Shown here: in pieces, positions 52,926 to 64,000 of the stretch
How positions within the stretch are numbered: position 1 is the stretch's first letter
Layout: the number at the start of each line of letters is the position of its first letter
Source: Malacoraja senta
Lineage: Eukaryota
Assembly: GCA_038087875.1 (NCBI GenBank)
Contig: JAXLNO010000406.1
Coordinates: forward strand, 124,001-188,000
Reading direction: 5' to 3'
Length of the DNA: 64,000 nt
Made by a program: the position numbers and the translations under genes
The notes under the pieces: generated by a model
Database searches by the model: none
What the model was told of the DNA's origin: nothing
What the model saw: the letters and a program-made list of their open reading frames with translations, nothing else

Positions 52926-54036
52926 GCCGGCCTGGAGGGTGCGGTGGGCCTGACCCCCGTTCCCTCTCCTCTCCTCCTGGTCTCGCTCCTGTTTTTGTTC
53001 AGTTTATAAATTGAACACGCACGCAGTCGTCGGAATCTCATTGGTGTGGCGGTCCCTGGGGGGTAAGCCACTCCTTGGATCATCCCCCTCGCCGAGTGAA
53101 GGACAGGGGACTGGTCTGCCACGGGGTTTCCAGTCGACCCTGGATTTAGTGCTCTCGAGGTGTGTGTGTGGTGTGCTCTCGTTGTAAGCATTAAAGTCTG
53201 CTAATTAAACCCGTCTGGCGTCTGGCCTTTTACTGACCTCGTTCAGGCCGCTACATTGGCACTTTTATTGTCACAGGTGTGAAATGCTACACACTGCAAT
53301 TATATTTTTGATTACAAACAGTCCAGTAGAGTATTACCGTACCCCAGGTCAGCAAGTGTACATAAACAGTCTACTGATCCTGTAAACAAGAGGTGCCATT
53401 TTCCAAAGTCCACATTCTAGTTATAGAGTGATAGATACAGTGTGGAAACAGGCCCTTCGGCCCAACTTGCCCACACTCGCCAACATGTCCCATCTACACT
53501 AGCCCCACCTGCCTGCATTTGGCCCATATCCCTCTAAACCTGTATCCACGTACCTTTCCAAATGTTTCCTAAACGTTGAGATAGTAACGGCCTCATCTAC
53601 CTCCTCTGGCATCTCGTTCCATACACCTACCACCCTTTGCATGAAATAGTTACCTGCTCCGATTCCTATTAAATCTTTCCGCCCTCACCTTAAACCTATT
53701 AGACAATAGGTGCAGGAGTAGGCCATTCGGCCCTTCGAGGCAGCACCACCCTTCACTGTGATCATGGCTGATCATCCACAATCAGTACCCCGTTCCTGCC
53801 TTCTCCCCCTATCCCCTGACTCCGCTAGCTTTAAGAGCTCTATCTAACTCGCTCTTGAAAGCCTCCAGAGAATTGGTCGCCACTGCCTTCTGAGGCAGCG
53901 AATTCCACAGATACACAACTCTCTGGGTGAAATAGTGTTTCCTCATCTCCGTTCTAAATGGCCTTCCCCTTATTCTTAAAACGGAGGCCCCTGGTTCTGG
54001 ACTACCCCAACATCGGGAACATGTTTTCTGCCTCTA

Positions 54037-57000
54037 TTCAATTCAATTCAATTCCTTTATTGTCATCTTGCAAGCAACAGTTGTGCAGTGCAAAACGAAA
54101 AGACGTTTCCCAGGGAATACCGGAGCATCGCACATGAAGTTTAAAACATTTCACACATAATAACAACACTAAAAACAATCCAGTCCCTGATGGAACAGTA
54201 TAAAGTTTTTAAAAAAAGAAGATAAAAACAAAATTAAAATACAGTAAGACCAATCATAAACATGTCCGGGGTGGCTGATTTGAGTGGCCAGTGCCAGTTA
54301 TTGAAGTGGCCAGTGCCAGTTATTATAGTGTCCGTGCCAAGCCGCAGAATCAGGTGACTGTGAGTACAGAGTGGCTGTTTAGCAGCCTCACAGCATATGG
54401 CAGGAAGCTGTTTAGCAGTCTTGTAGTCTGGGCTTTGATGCTGCGATATTTCTTGCCTGATGGCAGGAGATCCAGGTGTATGTGGAGGGGGTGCAGTTTG
54501 TCCTTAGCAATTCGCTGAGCTTTTTTCCGACAGCGGCTCAGGAGCAGTTCTTGTACCGAGGGTAGGGAGACGCCAATGATCTTCTCTGCTCCCCTCACTA
54601 CCCTCTGCAGAGCCTTCCTGTCCGAGCAGTTGCAGGTGGAGTACCACGTATTTAAACAGTACGTGAGTACAGACTCCACCGTACCCCTGTAGAAAGTCCT
54701 GAGGATGTTGGTGGGGAGTGAGGCCTGTTTTAGTTTCCTCAGGAAGTGCAGTCGCTGATGGGCCCTTTTTACGGTCCCAGTGGTGTTTCTGGACCAGGTG
54801 AGGCTGTCTGTAATTTGCACCCCGAGGAACTTTATGCTCTCCACTCTCTCCACTGTGGCGCCACTGATGTTAAGGGGTGCATGCTTTGGCTGCGCCCTCC
54901 TGAAGTCGACAACCATCTCCTTTGTTTTGTCGACATTTAATTCTAGATTATTTTTGCCGCACCAGTCCACTAGTTGTTTTACTTCCTCCCTGTGCATTGA
55001 TTCATCATCTCCGCTGATGAGTCCCACCACTGTTGTGTCATCCGCGAATTTTATGATTTTATTGTCCCTGAATCTGGCAGCACAGTCATGTGTGAGCGAT
55101 GTGAACAACAGCGGGCTGAGCACACAGCCTTGAGGGGAGCCGGTGCTCAGCGTGATCGAGCCTGAAGTGTTCTTGCCCACACGGACTGTCTGTGGTCTCT
55201 CTGTCAGAAAGTCCAAGATCCAGTGACACAGGGTGGTGTTGAGGCCCAGCAGGGTTAGTTTCTCCACAAGTCTCTGTGGGATGATGGTGTTGAACGCAGA
55301 GCTGCAGTCAATGTACAGGATTCTGGCGTATGTTTTTCTTTTTTCCAGATGCGTGAGCACTGTGTGCAGCGTGGTAGAGATGGCATCCTCTGTAGAACGG
55401 TTGGGGCGATAGGCAAACTGGAGGGGGTCTAACGATGAGGGGAGGCTGGCAGTAATGTGGGGTTTCACCAGGCGTTCAAAACACTTCATTATTATTGGGG
55501 TCAGTGTGACAGGGCGGTAGTCATTTAGGCAGGCAACAACTGGTTTCTTCGCTATTGGGATTATTGTACTCGTTTTGAGGCATGTGGGGACAATGGCTTG
55601 ACTGAGGGAGATGTTATAGATGTCCGTTAGCACATATGCTAACTCCTCAGCACATTCCTTAAGCACACGTCCTGGGTGTTATCGGGTCCGACTGCTTTCC
55701 ACGGGTTGACCTTAGACAGGATTCTCCGTGTGTCCATCGGGTCTATGGTCAGGACTGGCTGGTCGGTTTGTATGCAGGGACTTGCTCTCCCCTTGGGTGT
55801 GGTGTTTGCTGCATCAAAACGAGCGAAGAAGTTGTTCAGTTCATCTGGGAGAGAAGAATTCGTGTGAGTTACCTGCTGCCTTGCCTTGTACCCCGTCAGT
55901 GTTTGGATTCCCTTCCACATCCTCCTGGTGTCTCCTGTGTCACAGAGGTTTCCCTGGATTTTTCCCGCGTAGGCACGTTTCGCTGCCCTGATTCCTTTTT
56001 CCAGTGCAGTCCTGCTAGATCGAAGAGTGGATGTGTTACCGGCTCTGTAGGGTGCATCACGAGCCCTCAGCAGCGAGCGCACCTCTGCTGTCATCCATGG
56101 CTTTTTGTTTCCACGTGCAGTGAAGGTTTTCATGATGGTGACATTCTCGGTGCACTTGGCAATGTAGCTGGTTACAGTCTCTGCGTACTCCTCGATGTTG
56201 ATGAGGTCGTCATAGTATGCCGCTGTCCTGAACACATCCCAGTCAGTGTGCAGGAAGCAATCCTGCAGTGCTGAGGCTGCTTCCTCTGGCCAGACCCTGG
56301 TGTGTTTTCTCTCCGCTCTGGCTTGTTTCTGCCGAGGTCTGTAGGCTGCTGTTAAGAACACTGAAATGTGGTCCGAGTGGCCCATGTGAGGGCGTGGGGC
56401 TGCCTTGTAAGCCTCTGGGGTGTTGGTGTAAACCATGTCCAAGATGTTCTCTCCCCTGGTCTCAAAATCCACATATTGCTTGAATTTTGGGAGCACCGTC
56501 TTAAGGCTGGTGTGATTAAAATCCCCGGCCACCACAATGAAGCTATCAGGATGTGTGGTCTGGAACTCACTGAAGGCGTCATGCAGAGCTCCCAGTGCTT
56601 CGTTGGACTTAGAATTTACATTAGCACTTGGAGCAACATATACAGCCACAACAAAAACAACGGAGAATTCCCTCGGCAGATAGAAAGGCCGACATTTCAC
56701 GATGAGGAATTCTATCAGCGGAGAGCAGTGTTTCCCGGCTATTGTAGCGTTCACACACCAGTCCTTGTTTATGTACAAGAACAGGCCTCCACCTCGGCTC
56801 TTACCAGAGCCAGCTGCCTCTCTGTCCGCACGGAACGATGTCATTCCCTCCAGCTGTATTGCTGTGTCTGGGATATTACCGTGGAGCCATGATTCCGTGA
56901 AAACAAACACACAGCAGTCTCTTATGTCCCTGTATGTTGTTTTGAGAAGACGCAGTTCGTCATGTTTGTTGTCCAGGGAGTGGACATTAGAGAGGAGAAG

Positions 57001-57425
57001 CGAGGGCACTGCAGGTCGGGTGGGGATAGCTGTTAGCCTGGCGCAGATGCCTGCTCTTTTCCCCCGTCTCCGCCTCGTGTAAGAGCCTGCTCTTTTACCC
57101 CGTTTCTGCCTCCTCTCACACCGCTTGCGTCTCCTTCTCCTCTCTCTCCTCTCTCTCCTCTCCCGCCTCCACTCTCCGTTCGTATAAATTTCTGTGGCCG
57201 TTATGTTTGACTTTGACTTTGCAGCCGGTAGTAGTAATCCGTAACGGCGTATTTTGTCTAAATCGAACCAAAACGCGCCCGTACTACTACTGTCGTTTGC
57301 CCCGATGTTTAGGAGCATGTTCCTACTGTACATATATCTTGGACAGACTGGACAAGACACACAAAACTTATTTTTTAACGCTCCGACTATCTCCCGAGGG
57401 GCCGCTGCGACTGTGCGCGCCGCCA
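54037..57425 (-). mobile_element. Near full-length Rex1/Babar-clade LINE nested in a CR1 fragment
   Basis: ORF 57426-55639 (Arg-rich N-terminus, APE 'FTESWL', 'VAGDFN', 'SDH') plus ORF 55666-54350 (RT 'SSAFNTI', '[13 protein letters not shown]', 'KFADDTT'), joined by one frameshift; (GAATT)n tail; the CR1 resumes after a TCTA duplication. Confidence 0.9.
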
Positions 57426-58812
57426 TCTAGCGTGTTCAAATCCTGAATAATCATATTTCAAAAAGATGCCCTCTCATCCTTCCAAATTCAAGTGTATACA
57501 AGCCCAGCCGCTCCATTCTATCAACATATGACAGTCCCGCCATCCCGGGAATTAACCGGGTGAACCTACGCTGCACTCGCTCAATAGCAAGAATGTCCTT
57601 CCTCAAATTTGGAGACCAAAACTGCACACTATACTCCAGGTGTGGTCTCACTAGGGCCCTGTACAACTGCAGAAGGACCTCTTTGCACCTATCCTCAACT
57701 CCTCTTGTTGTGAAGGCCAACTTTGGCTTTCTTCACTGCCTGCTGTACCTGCATGCTTACATTCAGGAGGCTAGTCTTATGAGCCGAGCCTGCCCAGTAT
57801 TCTTGCAGTCCTAACTGTGCCCAGGATTCATTGATCCCACCCAGCCTCTAACCCCTCTCAGGATTACATGACTCCCCAAAAAACAGCTGTCTTGGAGTTT
57901 GTACGTTCTGCCCGTGACCTGCGTGGGTTTTCCCCAAGATCTTCAGTTTCCTCCCGCACTCCAAAGACGTGTAGGTTTGTACGTTAATTGGCTTGATGTA
58001 AATGTAAAAATTGTCCCTAGTGGGTGTAGGAAGGTGTTAATGTGCGGGGATCGCTGGTCGGCGCGGACCCGGTGGGCCGAAGGGCCTGTTTCCACGTTGT
58101 ATCTCTAAACTAAGCTGAACTAAACAACACAGATTACATTCAAGCCGTCCACAGTGTACAGATACAGGATAAAGGGAATAACGATTTTTAGTGCAAGATA
58201 AAGTCTAGTTACCTGCAATTAAAGATAGACCCAGGATGTCTAAAGTAGATGGGAGGTCAGGACCGCTCTCTAGTTGGTGAGAGGACGGTTCAGTTGCCTG
58301 ATAACAGCCGGGAAGAAACTGTCCCTGAATCTGGAGGTGTGCGTTTTCACCCTTGCCCGATGGGAGAGGGGAGAAGAGGGAGTGACCGGGGGTGAGACTG
58401 GTCCTTGATTATGCTGCTGGCCTTGCCGAGGCAGCATGAGGTGTAGATGGGGTCGATGGAAGGTAGGTTGGTTTGTGTGTGTGACAGTCTGGGCTGCTGG
58501 CCTTGCCGAGGCAGCGTGAGGTGTAGATGGAGTCGATGGGAGGGAGGTTGGTTCGTGTGCGGGACGGTCTGGGCTGCGTCCACAACTCTGCAATTTCTTG
58601 CGATCTTGGACAGAGCTGTTCCCAAAACCGTGCTGTGACACATCCCGGATAAAATGCTTTCCACGGGGCATGCGTAGAAGTTGGGGAGAGTTGTTGGGAA
58701 CATGCCGAACTTGGTTTGCTTTCTTGGTCGTTGCTTTGATGTGGATGGTGAGGGACAAGTTGCTGGTGATGTTAACTTGTAAGAGGACACTCGATGTCCG
58801 GGCAACTAGGAC

Positions 58813-61800
58813 TCACACAGCCTGGACAACTGGACAAATCGTCAGTGGGTTCCCTGCGTTGAAGAAGGGGAGGAGGCCCCCCTCGATCATACAATCGCGG
58901 AAGGAGTGGAGGTGAGAACCAGTGCTGTTATCACAGAACAGGACCTTGCCCTCGTTGTAGTCAAGGTATACACCGATCATCTGGATCTTCTCCTGGGTGG
59001 CTGGGTGGATGGAGATCCGCGTGGAATTGGCGTCGTTGACCCTAAACACCTTCCGGTGGCACCCGGTGGACCAGACCCCTTCCTCGGGTGTCAGCGAGCT
59101 CCTGGCGCTCTTCTCCGCCTTTTTGTAGGCAACTCCCAGGTCCCATTCGCAGTTGCTGCCCACCTCCACCACCCAGTAGCACCTGCCAGAGGTGATCCCT
59201 TCCTCATCTCCGAGAGGTGGCTTCCCCATCACTGAGAGGACGGGCTTCAACCCCCCCCTGTCTCCAGAAGTGATCGACCGCCCCTTGACACAGCGCACCG
59301 TGACCAGGTCAGGGGATACCTGGAGCATTGGGTGGGCAGTGTCGGGGTCCAGGGTCACAGCAACTGAAAGAGTCAACAGAGGTGGCGTTCAGGTTAAGGA
59401 TATAGAAACATACACAATAGGTGCAGGAGGAGGCTGGGACTATCACAACATTTCCAAGTAAGATGTCAGGACTTTCATATGAAGAAAGACTGGATAGACT
59501 TGGTTTGTACTCGCTAGAATTTAGAAGATTGAGGGGGGATCTTATAGAACCGTACAAAATTCTTAAGGGTTTAGACAGGCTAGATGCTGGAAGATTGTTC
59601 CCGATGTTGGGGAAGTCCAGAACAAGGGGTCACAGTTTAAGGATAAGGGGGAAGTCTTTAAGGACCGAGATGAGAAAAAAAATTCACACAGAGAGTGGTG
59701 AATCTGTGGAATTCTCTGCCACAGAAAGTAGTTGAGGCCAGTTCATTGGCTATATTTAAGAGGGAGTTAGATGTGGCCCTTGTGGCTAAAGGGATCAGGG
59801 GATATGGAGAGAAGGCAGGTACAGGATACTGAGTTGGATGATCAGCCATGATCATATTGAATGGCGGTGCATGCTCGAAGGGCCGAATGGCCTACTCCTG
59901 CACATACTTTCTATGTTTCTATGTTTCTAAGTCATTTAGACAGGTACATGGATAGGACAAGTTTAGATGGATATGGGCCAAACGCAGGCAGGTAGTACTA
60001 AGTGTAGGTGGGGCATGTGGGTCAGCGTGGGCAGCTGGGACTAGTGTAGAGGGAGTACAGCGTAGGTTCACCAGGTTAATTCCCGGGATGTCGGGACTGT
60101 CATATGCTGATAGAATGGAGCAGCTGGGCTTGTACACTCTGGAATTTAGAAGGATGAGAGGGGATCCTTATTGAAACATAAAGATTATTAAGGGTTTGGA
60201 CACGCTAGAGGCAGGAAACATGTTCCTGATATTGGGGGAGTCCAGAACCAGGGGCCACACAGTTTAAGAATAAGGGGTAAGCCATTTAGAACGGAGATGA
60301 GGAAACACTTTTTCACACAAAGAGTTGTGAGTCTGTGGAATTCTCTGCCTCAGAGGGCGGTGGAGGCAGGTTCTCTGGATGCTTTCAAGAGAGAGTTAGA
60401 TAGAGCTCTTAAAGATAGCGGAGTCAGGGGATATGGGGAGAAGGCTGGAACGGGGTACTGATTGTGGATGATCAGCCATGATCGCATTGAATGGCGGTGC
60501 TGGCTCGAAGGGCCGAATGGCCTACTCTTGCACCTATTGTCTCTTGTCTATTGACATGTAGGTCAGTGTGGGCAGGTAGTACTTAGTGTAGGTGGAGCAT
60601 GTGGGTCGGTGTGGGCAGGTGGGACTAGTGTATATAGGACATGTGGGTCAGCATGGGCAAGTTGGGCCGAAGGGCCTGTTTCTATGCTGTGGACTATGAA
60701 AGTCACTAAAACAGTTGAGCAGAGACTCGGTGAGCAGAAGATCTTACCAGCAGCGTTTCTGATTCTGTCCATGCATGAAACTGCAAGGAAAGAGGATTCA
60801 AGTTAATGAATTCAATGTGATTACAATCTGTAAAAACCTGTAGGCAGGTAAGTCGTGTCTGTGACCATGAGGTCTAACAGCACGAATGCTGAAACTTACC
60901 AGCTTTGGGGAGAATCCGAATCCTTCCTGAAAGACAAGAGACCAATTATTAGAGGATTGACACAAAAAGCTGGAGTAACTCAGCGGGTCAGGCAGCATGT
61001 GTGGAGAACATGGATAGGTGATGTTTCACAGAGTGCTGGAGTAACTCAGCGGGTCAGGCAGCATCTCTGGAGAGAAGGAATGGGCAACGTTTTCGGGTCG
61101 AGACCCTTCTTCAGACCGGTTAGGGAGAAGGGAAACGATAGATATAGACGGTGATGTGGAGAGATAAAGAACAATGAATGAAAGATGTGCAAAACAGTAA
61201 CGATGATAAAGGAAACAGGCCATTGTTAGCTGTTTGCTGGGTGATAACGAGAAGCTGGTGCGACTTGGGTGGGGGAGGGGATAGAGAGTGGGAATACCAG
61301 GGCTACCTGAAGTTAGAGAAGTCAATGTTCATACCACTGGGCTGTAAGCTGCCCAAGAGAAATATGAGATGGGTTAGAGGGTCACCTGGTGCCACTTGTA
61401 ACCTTCACAAATAGCGTGTGGATGCACAGATCCTGCCTCACGCACACACACACGCACACACAGAGACAGACACGCACACAGACACACACACATACAGAGA
61501 CAGACACACACACACAGACACACACACGGGAGGGGAGAGGGGCAGAGAGAGACAAACCGTTGATCAGCATCTTACCCAGATCATCATACAATGTATCTGT
61601 AGCAAAACATAGAGACAGAGGTTACTCAGCGCCTCTCCCTGCTTCCCCCCCCCCTCCACTCCCCTCCCTGCTCCCTTTCTTCCCCTCCCACCCCTCCCTC
61701 CCCCTCCCCCCCTCCGACCCGGGACCCGGGATGGGGTCCGGACTCACGGAGCGGGAGAGCCGGCCGCGACAGGGCTCCCCGGCAGCTCGATACATCGAGC

Positions 61801-62716
61801 GGATACGCCGAGGCCAATCCTATCTCGACGGGCCGAATGGCCTAATCCTGCAACTGTTGTTTATAAGTGTGAACCCTCAGCCTTGTGATAGGCGAGGTGG
61901 TGGGGGGGGGGTTGGGGTGGGTGGACGTTGGGTGTGGGGGGGGGGAGCTTCTCAGGAAGCACAATGTTCATGATGTTGGGGGAGTCCAGAACCAGGGGCC
62001 CCACAGTTTAAGAATAAGGAGTAAGCCATTTAGAACGGAGACGAGGAAACACTATTTCACCCAGAGAGTTGTGAGTCTGTGGAATTCTCTGCCTTAGAGG
62101 GAGGTGGAGGCCGGTGCTCTGGATGCTTTCAAGAGAGAGCTAGATAGAGCTCTTAAAGATAGCGGAGTCAGGGGATATGGGGAGAAGGCAGGAACGGGGT
62201 ACTGATTGGGGATGATCAGCCATGATCACATTGAATGGCGGTGCTGGCTCGAAGGGCCAAATGGCCTACTCCTGCACCTATTGTGTATTGTCTATAACCT
62301 AGTATCGTGGGACGGAGAAATCATGGGGCACCCTGGTTAGCATGGAGGAGTTGGGCCGAAGGGCCTGTTTCCCTGCCGTGTGACTCTAAATGGGACTAGC
62401 TTAGATGGGGAACCTTAGACGGCATGGAGCGGTTGGGCCGAAGGGCCTGTTTCCCTGCTGTATGACTCTAAATGGTACTAGCCTAGATGGGGCACCGTGG
62501 TTAGCATGGAGGAGTTGGGCCGAAGGGCCTGTTTCCGTGAAAATGAATGATCACATCTCGAGAGCTTCAGGGATAAATCCTGCGCTCTCTCCACAATAGG
62601 AAACAGAGTCCCCTTTACCCCCAACATCGTGGAGTCATTCAGTGCCCCCCACCGCACCCCCCCCCCCACACCCCGCACTTCCCCCCAAACCTTACCCAGT
62701 TCCTTCTTCAGAGCCT
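58813..62716 (-). CDS. 3' part of a butyrophilin-like gene: heptad microexons plus a divergent B30.2 exon
   Basis: Exons 62716-62696 (21 nt), 61596-61576 (21), 60926-60900 (27), 60780-60748 (33), 59363-58813. All are yag|..|gtaag, phase 1, and read (E)ALKKELDTLYDDLGRIRILPKAVSCMDRIRNAAVAVTLDPDTAHPMLQVS..ITSGRCYWVVEV..IGVYLDYNEG..LLPFF. Confidence 0.8.
59460..60553 (+). mobile_element. Two adjacent CR1/HER1-like 3' fragments
   Basis: '[29 protein letters not shown]' with a (tttctatg)n tail, then a second fragment ending in a (ctattgt) tail. Confidence 0.85.
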
Positions 62717-62743
62717 CTGTAAAAGATAGAAAGTAAAATTAAT

Positions 62744-63048
62744 CGTGGCGCAGCGGTAGAGTTGCTGCCTTACAGCGAATGCAGCGCTGGAGAACCGGGT
62801 TCCATCCCCACTACGAATGCTGTCTGTACGGAGTTTGGGCGTTCCCCCTGTGACCTGCATGGGTTTTCTCCGAGATCTTCGGTTTCCTCCCACACTCCAA
62901 ACACGTACAGGTTTGTAGGTTAATTGGCTTGATAAATGTAAAATTGTCACTAGTGGGTGTGGGATAGTGTTAATGTGCGGGGATCGCTGGTAGGCGCGGA
63001 CCCGGTGGGCCGAAGGGCCTGTTTCCGCGCTGTATCTCTAAACTAAAA
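62744..63048 (+). mobile_element. tRNA-derived SINE (HE1/V-SINE-like)
   Basis: A-box-like 'gtggcgcagcggtagag', B-box-like 'gggttccatccc', central 'tgtctgtacggagtttg', tail 'gggccgaagggcctgtttcc..ctaaactaaa'. Confidence 0.75.
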
Positions 63049-63111
63049 CATGATTACAATCGAGCCATTTACAGTGTACAGATACATGATAAGGGAATAA
63101 GGTTTAGTGCA

Positions 63112-63530
63112 GTAGACAATAGGTGCAGGAGTAGGCCATTCAGTCCTTCGAGCCAGCACCGCCATTCAATGTGATCATGGCTGATTATCCACAATCAATA
63201 CCCCGTTCCTGCCTTCTCCCCATATCCCTTGACTCCGCTATCTTTAAGAGCTCCATCTAACTCTCTTGAGAACCGGCCTCCACCGCCCTCTGAGGCAGAG
63301 AATTCCACAGACTCACAACTCTTTGGGTGAAAAAGTATTTCCTCATCTCTGTTCTAAATGGCTTACCCCTTATTCTTTAAACTGTGGCCCCTGGCTCTGG
63401 ACTCCCCCAACATCGGGAACATGTTTCCTGCCTCTAGCATGTCCAAACCCTTAATAATCTTACATGTTCCAATAAGATTCCCTCTCATCCTTCTAACCTC
63501 CAGAGTGTACAAGCCCAGCCGCTCCATTCT
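63112..63530 (-). mobile_element. CR1/HER1-like LINE 3' fragment
   Basis: Same 3' end as the 33845 and 53700 copies. Confidence 0.85.
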
Positions 63531-63563
63531 GTGACTATAAACTGAGCTAATAATAATAAATAG

Positions 63564-63725
63564 GGCGTCACGGTGGTGCAGCGGTAGAGTTGCCGCCTCA
63601 CAGCGCCAGAGACCCGGGTTCGATCCTGACTACGGGTACCGTCTGTACGGAGTTTGTACGGTCCCCCCGTGACCTGCGTGGGTTTTCTCCGGGTGCTCTG
63701 GTTTCCTCCCACACTTTGAAGACCC
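63564..63725 (+). mobile_element. tRNA-derived SINE head interrupted by a Penelope-derived repeat
   Basis: 'ggtggtgcagcggtagag...cccgggttcgatcctg'; interrupted near 63735. Confidence 0.7.
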
Positions 63726-64000
63726 GCAGGTTGGTAGGATGTGTAGGAAGGAACTGCAGATGCTGGTTTAAACCGAAGATAGACACAAAATGCTGGAGAA
63801 ACTCAGCGGGACAGGCAGCATCTCCGGAGAGAAGGAATGGGTGATGTTTTGGGTCGAAGGTCTCAACCCAGAACGTCACCTTTTTATTTGTTTGCCTGTC
63901 CCGCTGCGTTACTCCAGCTTGTTGTATCTATTGCCAGGTTTGTAGATTCATTGGCTTCAGTTAACAAATTGTAAATTGTCCCCACTGTGTAGGATAGTGC

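Noticed and set aside
52083..53255. Possible solo LTR (TGTAAGCGG...CCGCTACA)
   Set aside because: Termini are imperfect, and I found no convincing TSD, PBS or internal gag/pol.
61389..61973. 194-aa His/Thr/Pro-rich ORF
   Set aside because: Low-complexity CA and C-rich tracts, antisense to the butyrophilin-like introns.
62744..63640. tRNA-like sequences
   Set aside because: SINE heads with A/B boxes but no complete cloverleaf; they continue into SINE body.

Overview
Repeat-rich vertebrate genomic DNA, most likely a cartilaginous fish (skate/ray/shark). That call is an inference from abundant CR1/HER1-type LINEs, HE1/V-SINE-like SINEs and Penelope-derived repeats. The window is a B30.2 (PRY-SPRY) immune gene cluster with six B30.2 exons but only two RING/B-box exons. 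Exons rebuilt by hand from splice sites: (1) one complete 6-exon TRIM gene on the minus strand (19694->14157, 480 aa, needing one GC donor); (2) a split TRIM, with exons 1-2 on the minus strand (35605->35013) back-to-back with a complementary exon 3-6 set on the plus strand (37454->49068) and Harbinger-type remnants between them; (3) the last exon of a near-identical TRIM paralog (6503-7035), inside a ~7 kb duplication (1-7409 vs 42556-49461), whose B30.2 differs from its copy at 18 nonsynonymous codons and only 1 synonymous codon; (4) two orphan B30.2 exons; (5) the 3' end of a butyrophilin-like gene made of 21/21/27/33-nt phase-1 microexons plus a divergent B30.2 exon (62716->58813), whose microexon chain the ORF track cannot show. 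Mobile elements include a full-length L1 with TSD, two near-full-length CR1s, a near-full-length Rex1/Babar LINE, a non-autonomous hAT element inside a minisatellite, and Penelope-derived fold-back insertions, with minimal hammerhead-like cores in the same repeat family. All alignments and counts were done by eye; no database searches were run.
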